Source: Bacillota bacterium
GTDB taxonomy: Bacteria; Bacillota; Dehalobacteriia; UBA4068
Assembly (NCBI GenBank): GCA_030527285.1
Contig: JAUNBC010000001.1
Span: forward strand, 80,111-144,110
Length of the DNA stretch: 64,000 bases
Direction: 5' to 3'
Shown here: piece after piece, positions 1 through 10,504 of the stretch
Numbering within the stretch: position 1 is the stretch's first letter
Layout of the letters: each line of letters opens with the position of its first letter
The notes under the pieces: model-generated
Database searches by the model: none
Told to the model about the DNA's origin: nothing
What the model saw: only the letters and a program-made list of their open reading frames with translations
Position numbers and translations under genes: made by a program

Positions 1-2034
1 GACGAGGTGATAGTCGCCGAACGGCCGCCGCTGGGCGAGCAGGGCTTTGAGATACGCCATAGCCGCGCCGGGTTGAAAAGCACGCTGATCTCGCCGGATA
101 TGGGTACCTGCGACGATTGTCTGGCCGATATCCGCGACCCGGCCAACCGCCGCTATCGCTACCCATTCGCCAACTGCACCAATTGCGGGCCGCGCTTCAC
201 CATCATCCGCGACCTGCCCTATGATCGCGGGCTGACCACGATGTCCGGCTTCGTCATGTGCGAGGCCTGCAACCGCGAATTCATCGACCCGCTGGACCGC
301 CGCTTTCATGCGCAGCCCATCGCCTGCGCCGAATGCGGGCCGCGCCTGCGCTTTACTGACGCGCGCGGAGCAGAAATATCCGGCGAGCCGCTGGATCTGG
401 CGGCGCTGGCCTTGAGCGAGGGCAAGCTGCTGGCGCTCAAGGGTCTGGGCGGCTTTCACCTGCTATGCGATGCGCAAAACGCGGACGCGGTGCAAACGCT
501 GCGTCAGCGCAAGTATCGCTACGACAAGCCGTTTGCGCTGATGCTGGCCGACAGCGATACGGCGCGGCGCTTTTGTGATATCAGCGCAAAAGAGCAGGCT
601 TTGCTCGAATCGCGCCGCCGCCCGATCGTGCTGCTGAAAAAAAAGGCCGGCGGCGATTACTTGGCGCCGCAGATCGCGCCGGGCAACGGCCGTCTAGGGG
701 TGATGCTGCCCTATACTCCTTTGCATTATCTGCTCAGCGAACGGCGTCCGGCGCTGGTAGCCACCTCGGGCAATATCTCCGATGAGCCGATAGTCTATGA
801 GGACGAGCGCGTGTACGAAGTGCTGGGCGCTATTGCCGACTTTGTGCTCACCCATGACCGCGGCATTTTCCGCCGCATCGACGACAGCGTGCTCATCCAT
901 GCCGCCGGCGCGCCGCGGCTGATCCGCCGCGCGCGCGGCTATGTGCCGGAATCGCGGCATTTGCGCCGCTGCCGCGCCAATATTCTGGCGCTGGGCGGTG
1001 AGCAGAAGAATACCTTTACCCTGACGCGCGGCGAGCAGGCTTTTATCAGCCAGCATATCGGCGATTTGGATAATATTGCCACGCTGGAATCGCTGCGGCG
1101 CGAGATCGGCTATTATATCTCGATGTTCGAGGCCGAGCCGGAGATCATCGCCCATGACCTGCATCCGCGCTATCTGTCCACGCAATTGGCAGCCGAATTT
1201 GACGGCGGGCTGCCGCGTGTGGCGGTACAGCATCATCATGCGCATCTGGCTTCGGTAATGGCGGAGCACGGCTTGACGGGCGAGCTGCTCGGCTTGATCT
1301 ATGACGGCTCCGGCTATGGCGAGGACGGCTGTTTATGGGGCGGCGAGCTGCTGCTCGGCGATCTTGGCGGCTATCAGCGCCGCGCCCATCTGCTCTATCT
1401 GCCGCTGCCCGGCGGCGAGGCGGCGATACGCGCGCCGTGGCGCGCGGCGATGAGCGCGCTGCATGCGGCTATGCCGCAGGCAGCGGAGCAATTCTCGTGG
1501 CCGGAGGCTGATTGGCCGCTGCTGTTGCAGGCGGCTCGGCGCGGCGTCAATGCGCCGCTGTCCTCGGGCATGGGGCGGCTGTTCGACGCGGCGGCGGTAT
1601 TGGCGGGAGGCCGCGGCTATGTCAATTACGAGGGGCAGGCGGCGGTAGAGTTCGAGCAGGCGATAGACGACAGTTGTGACGGCGTGTATCAATGCGCTCT
1701 TGCCGGCGATATCATCGACTGGAGGCCGATGGTCGCGGAATTATGGCGCGACCGGCAGCGCGGCGCGAGCCGGGGGCGGATGGCGGCGCGCTTCCATCGC
1801 GGGCTGGTCGAAATGTCGCTGCGGCTATGCCTGCGTCAGCGCGAGCAAAGCGGGGTCAACGACGTAGCTTTATCCGGCGGCTGCTGGATGAACGTCTATT
1901 TACTGGAGCATACGATGGCCGCCTTGCGCGAGCAGGGCTTCAATGTGTATGCCAACAGCGCCGTACCGGCCAATGACGGGGGTTTGTCCTTCGGTCAGGC
2001 GGCGGTTGCGGCCGCAAAAACCACAGCGAGGTGA
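1..2034 (+). CDS. hypF: Carbamoyltransferase HypF, 5'-truncated by window edge
   Basis: Two CxxC-x18-CxxC zinc fingers (CDDC..CTNCGPR; CEAC..CAECGP), KGLGGFH, HDLHP, QHHHAH, PANDGG; N-terminal acylphosphatase domain missing and frame open to base 1. Confidence 0.97.
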   Translation, partial: DEVIVAERPPLGEQGFEIRHSRAGLKSTLISPDMGTCDDCLADIRDPANRRYRYPFANCTNCGPRFTIIRDLPYDRGLTTMSGFVMCEACNREFIDPLDRRFHAQPIACAECGPRLRFTDARGAEISGEPLDLAALALSEGKLLALKGLGGFHLLCDAQNADAVQTLRQRKYRYDKPFALMLADSDTARRFCDISAKEQALLESRRRPIVLLKKKAGGDYLAPQIAPGNGRLGVMLPYTPLHYLLSERRPALVATSGNISDEPIVYEDERVYEVLGAIADFVLTHDRGIFRRIDDSVLIHAAGAPRLIRRARGYVPESRHLRRCRANILALGGEQKNTFTLTRGEQAFISQHIGDLDNIATLESLRREIGYYISMFEAEPEIIAHDLHPRYLSTQLAAEFDGGLPRVAVQHHHAHLASVMAEHGLTGELLGLIYDGSGYGEDGCLWGGELLLGDLGGYQRRAHLLYLPLPGGEAAIRAPWRAAMSALHAAMPQAAEQFSWPEADWPLLLQAARRGVNAPLSSGMGRLFDAAAVLAGGRGYVNYEGQAAVEFEQAIDDSCDGVYQCALAGDIIDWRPMVAELWRDRQRGASRGRMAARFHRGLVEMSLRLCLRQREQSGVNDVALSGGCWMNVYLLEHTMAALREQGFNVYANSAVPANDGGLSFGQAAVAAAKTTAR

Positions 2035-2038
2035 GCAT

Positions 2039-2260
2039 ATGTGTCTGGCGATCGGCGGCACCGTGGTGTCGGTCAATGAGGATATGGCGGTGATAGATTA
2101 CAACGGCTTGCGCAAACAAGCCTCGACCAGGCTATTGCCCGATACGGCGGTCGGCGACGAGGTGCTGGTACATGCCGGTTTCATCATCCAAAAGCTCAAT
2201 GCTGACGAGGCGGCGGAGCTGGCGGAATTGGATCGGGAGCTGAGAAGCTATGGCCTATGA
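2039..2260 (+). CDS. hypC: Hydrogenase maturation chaperone HypC
   Basis: MCLAIG N-terminus, VGDEVLVHAGF; RBS GAGGTG before ATG 2039. Confidence 0.95.
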   Translation: MCLAIGGTVVSVNEDMAVIDYNGLRKQASTRLLPDTAVGDEVLVHAGFIIQKLNADEAAELAELDRELRSYGL

Positions 2261-3356
2261 GCGCGGGCAAAACGGCGGTACGGATATTTTTGCCGCCTAT
2301 ATACGCCTGATCGGCGGCTTGGCTCAACGGCTGGATTATGACGAGCAACGGCCGCTGACGCTGATGGAAGTATGCGGCACGCATACGATGAGCATTTACC
2401 GCTGGGGGATCAAGCGGCTGCTGCCGGATAATATCCGGCTGATCTCCGGCCCCGGCTGTCCGGTATGCGTCACCCCCGAGCAGACGCTGGCGCAGGCGCT
2501 GGCCTTGAGCGAGCGGCCTGAGCTGACCTTGGCCAGCTTCGGCGATATGCTGCGCGTACCGCTGGGCGGGCGCAGCCTGCTGTCCGCGCGGCAGCAGGGC
2601 GCGGATATACGCATCGTGCTGTCGCCGCTCGACGCTATGCAAATAGCGATCGACGAGCCAGCGCGGCAGGTGGTGTTTTTAGCCGTGGGCTTCGAGACCA
2701 CCGCGCCCTTGACGGCGGCGGTGCTGGAGCAAGCGCGTGAGCGGCATATTGACAATTTCAGCGTCATCGCCGCGCATAAGACGATGCCGCCGGTGATACG
2801 CGCGTTGTTCAGCGAAGGAACTGCTGTCGACGGCTTGATATGTCCCGGTCACGTGGCCGCGATCACCGGCGCGCGCGCCTTTGATTTTGTCGCCTCCGAG
2901 CTGCATAAGCCGTCGGCGGTGGCGGGTTTCGAGCCGGCGGATATAGCGAAGGCTATCTATGCGCTGGTCAAGCAGGCGGCGCAGCGGCGCTGCGTCAACG
3001 AGAACTGCTACCGACGCGCGGTCAGCGAGGCGGGCAACGTTCATGCTCAAGCGCTGCTGCGGCGCGTGTTCGAGCCGGCGGCGGCTGAATGGCGCGGCTT
3101 GGGCAGCTTTGCTGACAGCGGCTTGACGCTATCCGCGCCGTACGCGGATTTCGATGCGCTGGCGCGCTTTGCCCCGTCATACGAAACGCCACCGGCGCAA
3201 ACGGCCTGCCGCTGCGGCGACGTGCTGCGCGGGCGTATCAGCGCCGGGGATTGCCCGCTGTTCGGCGGCGTATGCACGCCACAGCAGCCGCAAGGCGCGT
3301 GCATGGTCTCGGCGGAGGGCGGTTGCGCGGCGGCCTATAAGTATCGGGAGCGATGA
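2250..3356 (+). CDS. hypD: Hydrogenase maturation protein HypD
   Basis: CGTH, GPGCPVC, GFETT, PGHV, CMVSAEGGC motifs. Confidence 0.97.
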   Translation: MAYERGQNGGTDIFAAYIRLIGGLAQRLDYDEQRPLTLMEVCGTHTMSIYRWGIKRLLPDNIRLISGPGCPVCVTPEQTLAQALALSERPELTLASFGDMLRVPLGGRSLLSARQQGADIRIVLSPLDAMQIAIDEPARQVVFLAVGFETTAPLTAAVLEQARERHIDNFSVIAAHKTMPPVIRALFSEGTAVDGLICPGHVAAITGARAFDFVASELHKPSAVAGFEPADIAKAIYALVKQAAQRRCVNENCYRRAVSEAGNVHAQALLRRVFEPAAAEWRGLGSFADSGLTLSAPYADFDALARFAPSYETPPAQTACRCGDVLRGRISAGDCPLFGGVCTPQQPQGACMVSAEGGCAAAYKYRER

Positions 3357-4379
3357 ATGTCTATGATAAATGTCAATGACCAAACTGTCATCTTGGAGCA
3401 CGGCAGCGGCGGCAAGCTCTATCATCAGCTGATAGAGCAGGTATTCATGCCGGCGTTTGGCAACAGGTATCTGGACGGCACGCAGGACGCCGCCGTATGC
3501 GAGGGCGATGGCGGGCCGCTGGCTCTGACCACCGACAGCTTCGTCGTGCAGCCGCGCTTTTTCTGCGGCGGCGATATCGGGCGGCTGGCCGTATGCGGCA
3601 CCGTCAATGATATAGTTACCAGCGGCGCGGAACCTAAATATCTGACGCTGGGCATGATCCTGGAGCATGGTCTGCCGCTCGCGCAGTTGCGCCGTATTTG
3701 CGAGTCGATAGCGACGGCGGCCACGGAGGCCGGCGTATATATCGTTAGCGGCGATACCAAGGTGGTGGAGGCCGGCGCTTGCGACGGAATATTCATCAAT
3801 ACCGCCGGCTGCGGCCTGTTCGGCGGCAGACGGCCGTTAGCGGGAAAAGTGCAGGCAGGGGATAGTATCATTTGCACCGGCAGCCTTGGCGATCATGGCT
3901 TGGCGCTGTTAGCGGCGCGCGAGGAGCTGGGCTTTGACCCGCCGCTGACTTCCGACGTAGCGCCGCTCAACGGCCTGATACGCCGGCTGGAGCCGCTGTA
4001 TGACGCCATCCACGCGCTACGCGATCCGACGCGCGGCGGCGCGGCGGCTACGCTCAATGAATGGGCGGAAGCTGCGCAGTTGGCGATATGCTTGGACGAG
4101 AGCAGCATTCCGGTGCGGCCGCAGACCGGCGCGGCAGCGCAGCTGCTGGGCATGGATCTGCTCTATGCGGCCAATGAAGGCAAAATGCTGATCGCCCTCG
4201 CGCCGGAGGCCGCAGAGCAGGCGCTGGAGTTGCTGCATGGGCATCCGCTGGGGCGCATGGCGGCGCTGATCGGTACGGTGTCCGAGCAGCCGCGCGGCCG
4301 TGTATGGGCGGAGAACGCTTATGGCGGCCAACGGATAATCGACCCGCCGGCGGGGCTGCAATTACCGCGTATCTGTTAA
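3357..4379 (+). CDS. hypE: Carbamoyl dehydratase HypE
   Basis: HGSGG, TTDSFVV, GDTKVV, RDPTRGG, ANEGK, C-terminal LPRIC. Confidence 0.97.
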   Translation: MSMINVNDQTVILEHGSGGKLYHQLIEQVFMPAFGNRYLDGTQDAAVCEGDGGPLALTTDSFVVQPRFFCGGDIGRLAVCGTVNDIVTSGAEPKYLTLGMILEHGLPLAQLRRICESIATAATEAGVYIVSGDTKVVEAGACDGIFINTAGCGLFGGRRPLAGKVQAGDSIICTGSLGDHGLALLAAREELGFDPPLTSDVAPLNGLIRRLEPLYDAIHALRDPTRGGAAATLNEWAEAAQLAICLDESSIPVRPQTGAAAQLLGMDLLYAANEGKMLIALAPEAAEQALELLHGHPLGRMAALIGTVSEQPRGRVWAENAYGGQRIIDPPAGLQLPRIC

Positions 4380-4471
4380 CATGGAGCGTCGGCAGATCGC
4401 GCCATTGCTTGCAAACACAAATATTCTGAACTTTCGTAAGAGTTAAATTGCTGATAAATAGTATAATGCGG

Positions 4472-4500
4472 TTGAAAAAAAGTATCGAATAATGTATACT
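4472..4500 (+). promoter_or_regulatory. Putative sigma-A promoter of hydrogenase operon
   Basis: TTGAAA-17nt-TATACT in AT-rich intergenic region upstream of 4549. Confidence 0.5.
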
Positions 4501-4548
4501 AAATTACAATGGTTTATTCTTTTATAATAATTTTAAGGAGATAATTGA

Positions 4549-5973
4549 ATGGAGGGTCAAGTGTTTCTGCTGGCTTGTATTTTCACGCCTTTGCTTGGCG
4601 CTTTTTTGCTGCCGCTCATCGGCCGCTTTAACGTCATGGCGCGCAATATCTGCGCTCTGGGTTTTGTGATAATCGCCTTCTTAGCCGCCGCCTTTCTTTT
4701 ACCGCGAGCCATGAGCGGGGATCCGCTGCTCATCTATATGGAGCTGCCTTTGGGGTTGAGCGTCGGCTTCCTTGCGGACGGCCTGGCGGTGTTTATGGCC
4801 ATGACCTCCTCTTTGGTGGCGTCGGTGATCGTTCTGTACTCCTTTGGTTATATCGAGCATTACGATAATCAAAACGAATACTACCTGATGGTGGTACTGT
4901 TTATCGGCGCGATGATGGGTCTGGTGTTTTCTACCAATCTGATCTGCATCTACACCTTTTGGGAGATCTCGGCGATCTGCTGCTGGCGTTTGATCGGCTT
5001 CTACCGCGATAAGGATATTATCCGCCGCGCGGACAAGGCTTTTTTGATGACGGTGGGCGGCGCGCTGCTGATGCTGGTCGGCTTTATCGCTATTTATATC
5101 CAAAGCGGCACCTTCGATCTGTTAGAGCTGAAGGGCACGAGCATGAGCAACTGGGTGATGGTGCTGGTGCTGTTCGGCATCCTCTCCAAGTCGGCGACGC
5201 TGCCGCTGCATACATGGCTGCCTGACGCGGGCGTTGCTCCGTCGCCGGTCACCTCGCTGCTGCACGCGGCGGTGCTGGTGAAGATCGGCGTTTATGTGTT
5301 TGCCCGCTTATTCCTCGTCAACTTCGAGTTGGACGTGGTCTGGCAGACGGCGGTACCGATCATCGCCGCTGTGTCGGCGCTGGTCTCGGCCGGCGCGGCG
5401 CTGGTAGAGAACGACATCAAGCGGATCATCGCCTATTCGACGATCAGCCAGCTGGCCTTTATCTTCCTTGGCCTGTCTTGCGGCAATATGGTCGGCGCGG
5501 CCGGCGGGCTGCTGTATATACTGATGCATTCGCTGGCCAAGGGCGGCTTGTTTCTCTGTGCCGGCGTGGTCGAACATAGCCTGCATACCAAGGATATACG
5601 GCAGATGGGCGGGCTGTCCAAATGCCTGCCGGTCACCTGCGTGGCCTTTGCGCTATGCGCTTTCTCGGTCATGGGCATACCGCCTTTCGGCGGGTTCTTC
5701 TCCAAGTATATGGTGATCAACGGCGCTTGGGAATTGGATCCGTGGATCGCCGGCGTATTTATCTTCGGCGCGGTGCTGACGGTGGTATATCTGCTGCGCG
5801 TCTTCGTCAAGGTATTTTTCGGCCCGGTCAGCCATCCCGATATTCGCGAGGGCTCATGGGAAATGGTATTCTCCGTGGCGCTGCTGGGCGTGCTGTCGCT
5901 GGCGTTCGGCATTTTCATCAATCTGCCGTCCAAGCTGGTCAGCTTCATTATCGAGTCCATAGGGAGGTGGTAA
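4549..5973 (+). CDS. Antiporter-like (NuoL/M/N, MrpA/D family) membrane subunit 1 of group 4 hydrogenase
   Basis: FWEIS, KSATLPLHTWLPDA, LLHAAVLVKIG, KRIIAYSTISQ, GFFSK; no C-terminal lateral helix. Confidence 0.9.
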   Translation: MEGQVFLLACIFTPLLGAFLLPLIGRFNVMARNICALGFVIIAFLAAAFLLPRAMSGDPLLIYMELPLGLSVGFLADGLAVFMAMTSSLVASVIVLYSFGYIEHYDNQNEYYLMVVLFIGAMMGLVFSTNLICIYTFWEISAICCWRLIGFYRDKDIIRRADKAFLMTVGGALLMLVGFIAIYIQSGTFDLLELKGTSMSNWVMVLVLFGILSKSATLPLHTWLPDAGVAPSPVTSLLHAAVLVKIGVYVFARLFLVNFELDVVWQTAVPIIAAVSALVSAGAALVENDIKRIIAYSTISQLAFIFLGLSCGNMVGAAGGLLYILMHSLAKGGLFLCAGVVEHSLHTKDIRQMGGLSKCLPVTCVAFALCAFSVMGIPPFGGFFSKYMVINGAWELDPWIAGVFIFGAVLTVVYLLRVFVKVFFGPVSHPDIREGSWEMVFSVALLGVLSLAFGIFINLPSKLVSFIIESIGRW

Positions 5974-5974
5974 G

Positions 5975-7858
5975 ATGGGAGTCTTAAGTGATTTTATCAA
6001 CATGGGCAACGGTAATAATCTGCTCTATACCATGATCTTACTGCCGGCGCTGTTGGCGGGGCTGATACTGGCCGTGCCGCGGCTCAATTACCGTTTGCGC
6101 TCGATGATCTTCATGGCCGCCGTATCGCTGAATATGCTGTTTGCGCTCGGCGTTTTCTTCGGCGGCGATATGACGATGCTCATCCCGTGGGCGGGCTTTG
6201 GCGTCAACTTGGCGCTGCGCGTCTACGATTTCTCGGCGTTGATCGTGCTGGCGGTGGCCGTGTTCGCGCTGTTGGTGGGCATGTATTCGGTATCTTTCCT
6301 GCGCAGCAAGGATTATAGCGGGCGTTTCTTCTTCTATTATCTGGTCACGGTGGCGCTGGTCAACGGCGCGGTGCTGGCCAATAACATCGTAGTGATGCTG
6401 TTCTTCTGGGAGGGGCTGCTGGTCACCCTGTTCGGTATCATCATCATCGGCAATCGCGAAAAGCCCAAGGCGGCGCTCAAGGCGCTGGTGCTGAACGGCA
6501 TCGGCGACCTGCTGCTGATGCTCGGCGTTATCATTACCGCCACCTCCGCCGGTACGATGATGATGGACGGTATCAGCGATCTGCCGATCGAGGGCGTGGG
6601 CATACTCGGCTTCGTCTGCATGATGCTCGGCGCAGCCGGTAAAGCCGGCTCGATGCCCTTCCATAGCTGGATACCTGAGGCGGCGACGGTTGCGCCGATG
6701 CCGTTCATGGCGATATTGCCGGCGGCGCTGGAGAAGATGCTCGGTATTTATTTACTGGCGCGTATCGCTCTCGATTTCTATCAGCTGCAGCCGGGCACGC
6801 CGTTTTCGCTGCTGGTAATGATCATCGGCGCGGTGACTATCGTGCTGGCCGTGGCGATGGCTCTGATACAAAAGGATATGAAGAAGCTGCTCTCCTATCA
6901 TGCGATCAGTCAGGTCGGCTACATGATACTGGGTATCGGTACGGCGCTGCCGGTTGGCGTGGTCGGCGGCCTCTTCCATATGATAAATCACGTTATCTAC
7001 AAATGCTGCCTGTTCCTCACCGCCGGTTCGATAGAGAAGCAGACCGGAAGCACCGATCTGCGCAAGGTCGGCGGCCTGGGCAAGCTGATGCCGGCGACCA
7101 CGGTATGCTTCATCATTGCGGCCTGCGCTATCTCCGGCGTGCCGCCGTTCAACGGCTTCTTCTCCAAGGAGCTGGTATTCGACGCGGCTTTGGAATCGGG
7201 CATTGTCTACTATATCGCCGCCGTGCTCGGCGCTTTCCTCACCGCGGCCTCCTTCCTCAAGCTCGGCCACGCCGCCTTCTTTGGCAAGACCAAGCTGCCG
7301 GAGGGCGTGAGCGAGGATAAGGTCAAGGAGAATTCCGGCGCGATGGTGACGCCGATGCTCATTCTGGCCGGGTTGTGCATATTCTTCGGCGTTTACAACG
7401 CCGTGCCGCTGGGACAAATACAGCCGCTGCTCGGCGAGGCGCTGGGCGGGCACGATTATGCCGGCTGGCCGCATTCGCTGACGCTGGTCGTGATCTCGGT
7501 GGCGGTGCTGTTGCTGGCGGCGGTCAATCATCTGATCGGTTACCGTCTGACCGGCGAGGGGCTGAAGGCCGTCGATCATATACATTACGCGCCGGGTCTG
7601 CATAGCGTTTACAATGCCGCCGAACGCCATTATTTTGACCCCTATGATATCGTGATGCTGCTGATCAACGCCTTTGCCTGGCTCAGCTACGGCATTGACC
7701 GCGCGATCAACTGGATCTATGACGCGGCGTTCGTCAACGTCGTCAATTATGTTTCCGACGCCGCCAAGAGGATAAACGACGGTCATTCGTCCACTTATAT
7801 GAAGTGGTCGTTTTTCGGCGTCGCTTTTATCGTCTTTCTGTTTATTATTCTGGTATAA
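5975..7858 (+). CDS. Antiporter-like membrane subunit 2 (NuoL-like, with C-terminal extension)
   Basis: FFWEG, KAGSMPFHSWIPEA, KKLLSYHAISQ, NGFFSKE; long amphipathic C-terminal segment ending in one TM helix. Confidence 0.9.
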   Translation: MGVLSDFINMGNGNNLLYTMILLPALLAGLILAVPRLNYRLRSMIFMAAVSLNMLFALGVFFGGDMTMLIPWAGFGVNLALRVYDFSALIVLAVAVFALLVGMYSVSFLRSKDYSGRFFFYYLVTVALVNGAVLANNIVVMLFFWEGLLVTLFGIIIIGNREKPKAALKALVLNGIGDLLLMLGVIITATSAGTMMMDGISDLPIEGVGILGFVCMMLGAAGKAGSMPFHSWIPEAATVAPMPFMAILPAALEKMLGIYLLARIALDFYQLQPGTPFSLLVMIIGAVTIVLAVAMALIQKDMKKLLSYHAISQVGYMILGIGTALPVGVVGGLFHMINHVIYKCCLFLTAGSIEKQTGSTDLRKVGGLGKLMPATTVCFIIAACAISGVPPFNGFFSKELVFDAALESGIVYYIAAVLGAFLTAASFLKLGHAAFFGKTKLPEGVSEDKVKENSGAMVTPMLILAGLCIFFGVYNAVPLGQIQPLLGEALGGHDYAGWPHSLTLVVISVAVLLLAAVNHLIGYRLTGEGLKAVDHIHYAPGLHSVYNAAERHYFDPYDIVMLLINAFAWLSYGIDRAINWIYDAAFVNVVNYVSDAAKRINDGHSSTYMKWSFFGVAFIVFLFIILV

Positions 7859-7872
7859 GGAGGGGTGAGTAA

Positions 7873-9342
7873 ATGTCTGCATCAATGTATTTGATCTATT
7901 CTTTTTTGGGCTTGCCCCTGATCATCGTTCTAGCGCTGACGCTGGCGGCAAAAAAGCCGGCCGACCGTCTGTGCATCTATGCCGGATATTTGGCGGCGAT
8001 CGTGCAAATGATAGCGGCAGCGGCGATTTTCGCGGCGCTGCTTGCGGCCGGAGTTGAATCGCTGACCTTCTCCCAGTTTTGGGATATGAGCGTCAGCGAC
8101 AGCGCGGCGTATCTGTCATTAGACGCATTCTCGCTGGTAGCGATCTTCTGCGTCGGCCTGGTATCGCTGGTCTCGCTGATCACCGCACAATCGACGATGG
8201 GCGAGAAAAAGCTCAATTTTACCAATGTGCTGATGATGCTGATGCTGGGTATGAACGGCATCGCTATGGCGGCCGATCTGTTTACCTTGTACGTATTCCT
8301 TGAGGTCACCGGCATCACTTCCTTCGTGCTGATCGCGATTTTCCATGATATCCGCGGCTTGGAGGGCTCGTTCAAGTATCTGGTGATGAGCGCCATCGCC
8401 TCGGCTTTTATCCTTGCCGGCCTGGCCTTCCTGTTCATGGAATTCGGCGGGCTCGGCTTTGATACCGTCGCCGCTGCGATCGGCGCCTGGCAGGAAGCGG
8501 CTAATCCCACGCTGCTGATCGTCGCTTTTGTATTGCTCGCCAGCGGCTTCCTGATCAAGTCCGGTATCGCGCCCTTCCATGGCTGGCTGCCCGACGCTTA
8601 TCAAAGCGCGCCGGACGCCGTGTCGGTGGTCCTGGGCGGTATCGTCACCAAGATGGCCGGCACCTATGCGCTGATCAGGCTGCTGTCGGAGCTGCTGACC
8701 GACATCGCCCCGCTGACGCAGGCCTGCGTCATACTGGCGCTGGGCTCGATATTGTTCGGCGCGGTGGCGGCGGTGCGGCAAAGCGATTTCAAGCGCATAC
8801 TCGCCTATTCGTCTATCAGTCAGATCGGCTATATATTGCTGGGCGCGGTTTGCGCCTCGCCGCTCGGTTATATCGGCGCGATACTGCATTTCTTCAATCA
8901 CGCTACCTTCAAGACCACTTTATTCGTCAACGCGGCGGCGGTGCATGAGCAAACCGGCACCACCGATATCGAGGAGCTGGGCGGGCTGCAAAAGCAAATG
9001 CCAGTCACCGGCGTGACCTCGGTGATCGCTTTCCTTTCCACGGCCGGCATACCGCCATTGGCCGGCTTCTGGAGCAAGCTGATCATCATTATCGCCGCCT
9101 GGCAGGCGCTGGGAGCCTTTGCCGGCGCGCTGGCTTTGTTCGCCAGCATCTTCACCGCGGCCTATTTCCTGCGTTTGCAGAGCAAGGTGTTCTTCGGCCT
9201 GCTGCGCGAGGGTCTGGAGGAGGTCAGGGAGGCGGTTCTGGGGCTGAAGATAGCCGAGATACTCCTGACCGCGATCACTGTCGGTTTTGGTATTGCTTTC
9301 CCATTGGCGCTGCGCTTTATGCAGGCTCAGGGTTGGCTGTAA
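7873..9342 (+). CDS. Antiporter-like membrane subunit 3 (NuoN/MrpD-like)
   Basis: FLEV, EGSFKYL, KSGIAPFHGWLPDAY, KRILAYSSISQ, GFWSK. Confidence 0.9.
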   Translation: MSASMYLIYSFLGLPLIIVLALTLAAKKPADRLCIYAGYLAAIVQMIAAAAIFAALLAAGVESLTFSQFWDMSVSDSAAYLSLDAFSLVAIFCVGLVSLVSLITAQSTMGEKKLNFTNVLMMLMLGMNGIAMAADLFTLYVFLEVTGITSFVLIAIFHDIRGLEGSFKYLVMSAIASAFILAGLAFLFMEFGGLGFDTVAAAIGAWQEAANPTLLIVAFVLLASGFLIKSGIAPFHGWLPDAYQSAPDAVSVVLGGIVTKMAGTYALIRLLSELLTDIAPLTQACVILALGSILFGAVAAVRQSDFKRILAYSSISQIGYILLGAVCASPLGYIGAILHFFNHATFKTTLFVNAAAVHEQTGTTDIEELGGLQKQMPVTGVTSVIAFLSTAGIPPLAGFWSKLIIIIAAWQALGAFAGALALFASIFTAAYFLRLQSKVFFGLLREGLEEVREAVLGLKIAEILLTAITVGFGIAFPLALRFMQAQGWL

Positions 9343-9355
9343 GGAGGCGGGGGAG

Positions 9356-9862
9356 ATGAACGAGACTTTAGTATTGATACTTTTGGTGCTGATAGTAGGC
9401 TGCGGCTTAGGCAGCGCCATGTTCCGCTCGATGCTGCATTCCGCCGTATCATTGGCGCTGTTGTCGGCGACGCTGGCGATAGTGATGATGATGATGGGCG
9501 CGACCTGGGCCGGATTGTTTGAGTTGTCGGTATGCGCCGGTCTGGTCACGGTGATCTTCGTCAGCGCCATCTCGCTGACGCAGCCGATACGCCGTCATCC
9601 CGAGCATTCCGAGGATCATCACCGCCGCTTTATGGCGCTGCCCTTCATCCTGATCGTCGTCGGCGTGGCGATGATCGCCACGGTGCTGCTCGGTCATTTT
9701 GCCGTCAACCCGGTATTGCAGCCGGAGACGGCGGAGACGGCCGCTACCTTTAAGGAAGTGTTCTGGGGCAGCCGTCAGGCCGATATACTCGGCCAGATAA
9801 TCGTCATCCTGGCCGGCGCTTTCGCGGTGGTAATACTGTTCAAGGAGGGCTCCGAAGCATGA
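9356..9862 (+). CDS. NuoJ-like membrane subunit
   Basis: Hydrophobic 168 aa, FELSVCAGL..VIF, operon position; RBS before ATG 9356. Confidence 0.75.
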   Translation: MNETLVLILLVLIVGCGLGSAMFRSMLHSAVSLALLSATLAIVMMMMGATWAGLFELSVCAGLVTVIFVSAISLTQPIRRHPEHSEDHHRRFMALPFILIVVGVAMIATVLLGHFAVNPVLQPETAETAATFKEVFWGSRQADILGQIIVILAGAFAVVILFKEGSEA

Positions 9863-10167
9863 GTGTATTCAATATTGCCGTGATCATCGCGGCGCTGATG
9901 CTGATCTTCATCGGCCTGTTCATGCTGGTGCGCACCAATAATCTGATCCGTGTCATCATCGCCATCGAGGTGGTGATGAAGGCGATCACGCTGCTGTTGA
10001 TCTTTGCCGGTTATATGAACGGGCAAATGGCGCTGGCGCAATCGTTTGTGATCACGATGATCGTCGTCGAGGTGGTGGTGGCGGTGGTGGCCGCCGGCGT
10101 CGCTTTGTCGATATACCGCAGGAACAACGACACCGATATTCGCAAGCTCAACAAATTAAACGGATAA
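9859..10167 (+). CDS. NuoK/MrpC-like membrane subunit
   Basis: 3 TM helices, NLIRVIIAIEV, VEVVVA, C-terminal DIRKLNKLNG. Confidence 0.85.
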   Translation: MSVFNIAVIIAALMLIFIGLFMLVRTNNLIRVIIAIEVVMKAITLLLIFAGYMNGQMALAQSFVITMIVVEVVVAVVAAGVALSIYRRNNDTDIRKLNKLNG

Positions 10168-10179
10168 GGAGGGGATAAG

Positions 10180-10500
10180 ATGACAACTGTACTGCTTTCA
10201 CCGCCGATCACCTTTATCATACTGATAATTCTCGGCGTCGCGCTGTCGGCGGGCGTCAAGACCTTGGCGGCTCATGGCATAGCCGGGGAGCGTAAGCTGG
10301 AATCCTATGCTTGCGGCCAACGCAACGTCGAGCATAGCGTCAGTCCCGACTACGGTCAATTCTTCCCCTACGCCTTTTTCTTTACGATCATGCACGTTCT
10401 GGTTCTCGTCGTCGCTACCGCTCCCGTGGGCTATGTGCAGCTGCCTTTGCTGTATGTGGCCGCCGGCGCATTAGCTTGGCTGATCATCTTCCGGAGGTAG
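10180..10500 (+). CDS. NuoA-like membrane subunit
   Basis: 3 TM helices, KLESYACG loop resembling NuoA YECG. Confidence 0.7.
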   Translation: MTTVLLSPPITFIILIILGVALSAGVKTLAAHGIAGERKLESYACGQRNVEHSVSPDYGQFFPYAFFFTIMHVLVLVVATAPVGYVQLPLLYVAAGALAWLIIFRR

Positions 10501-10504
10501 AGCG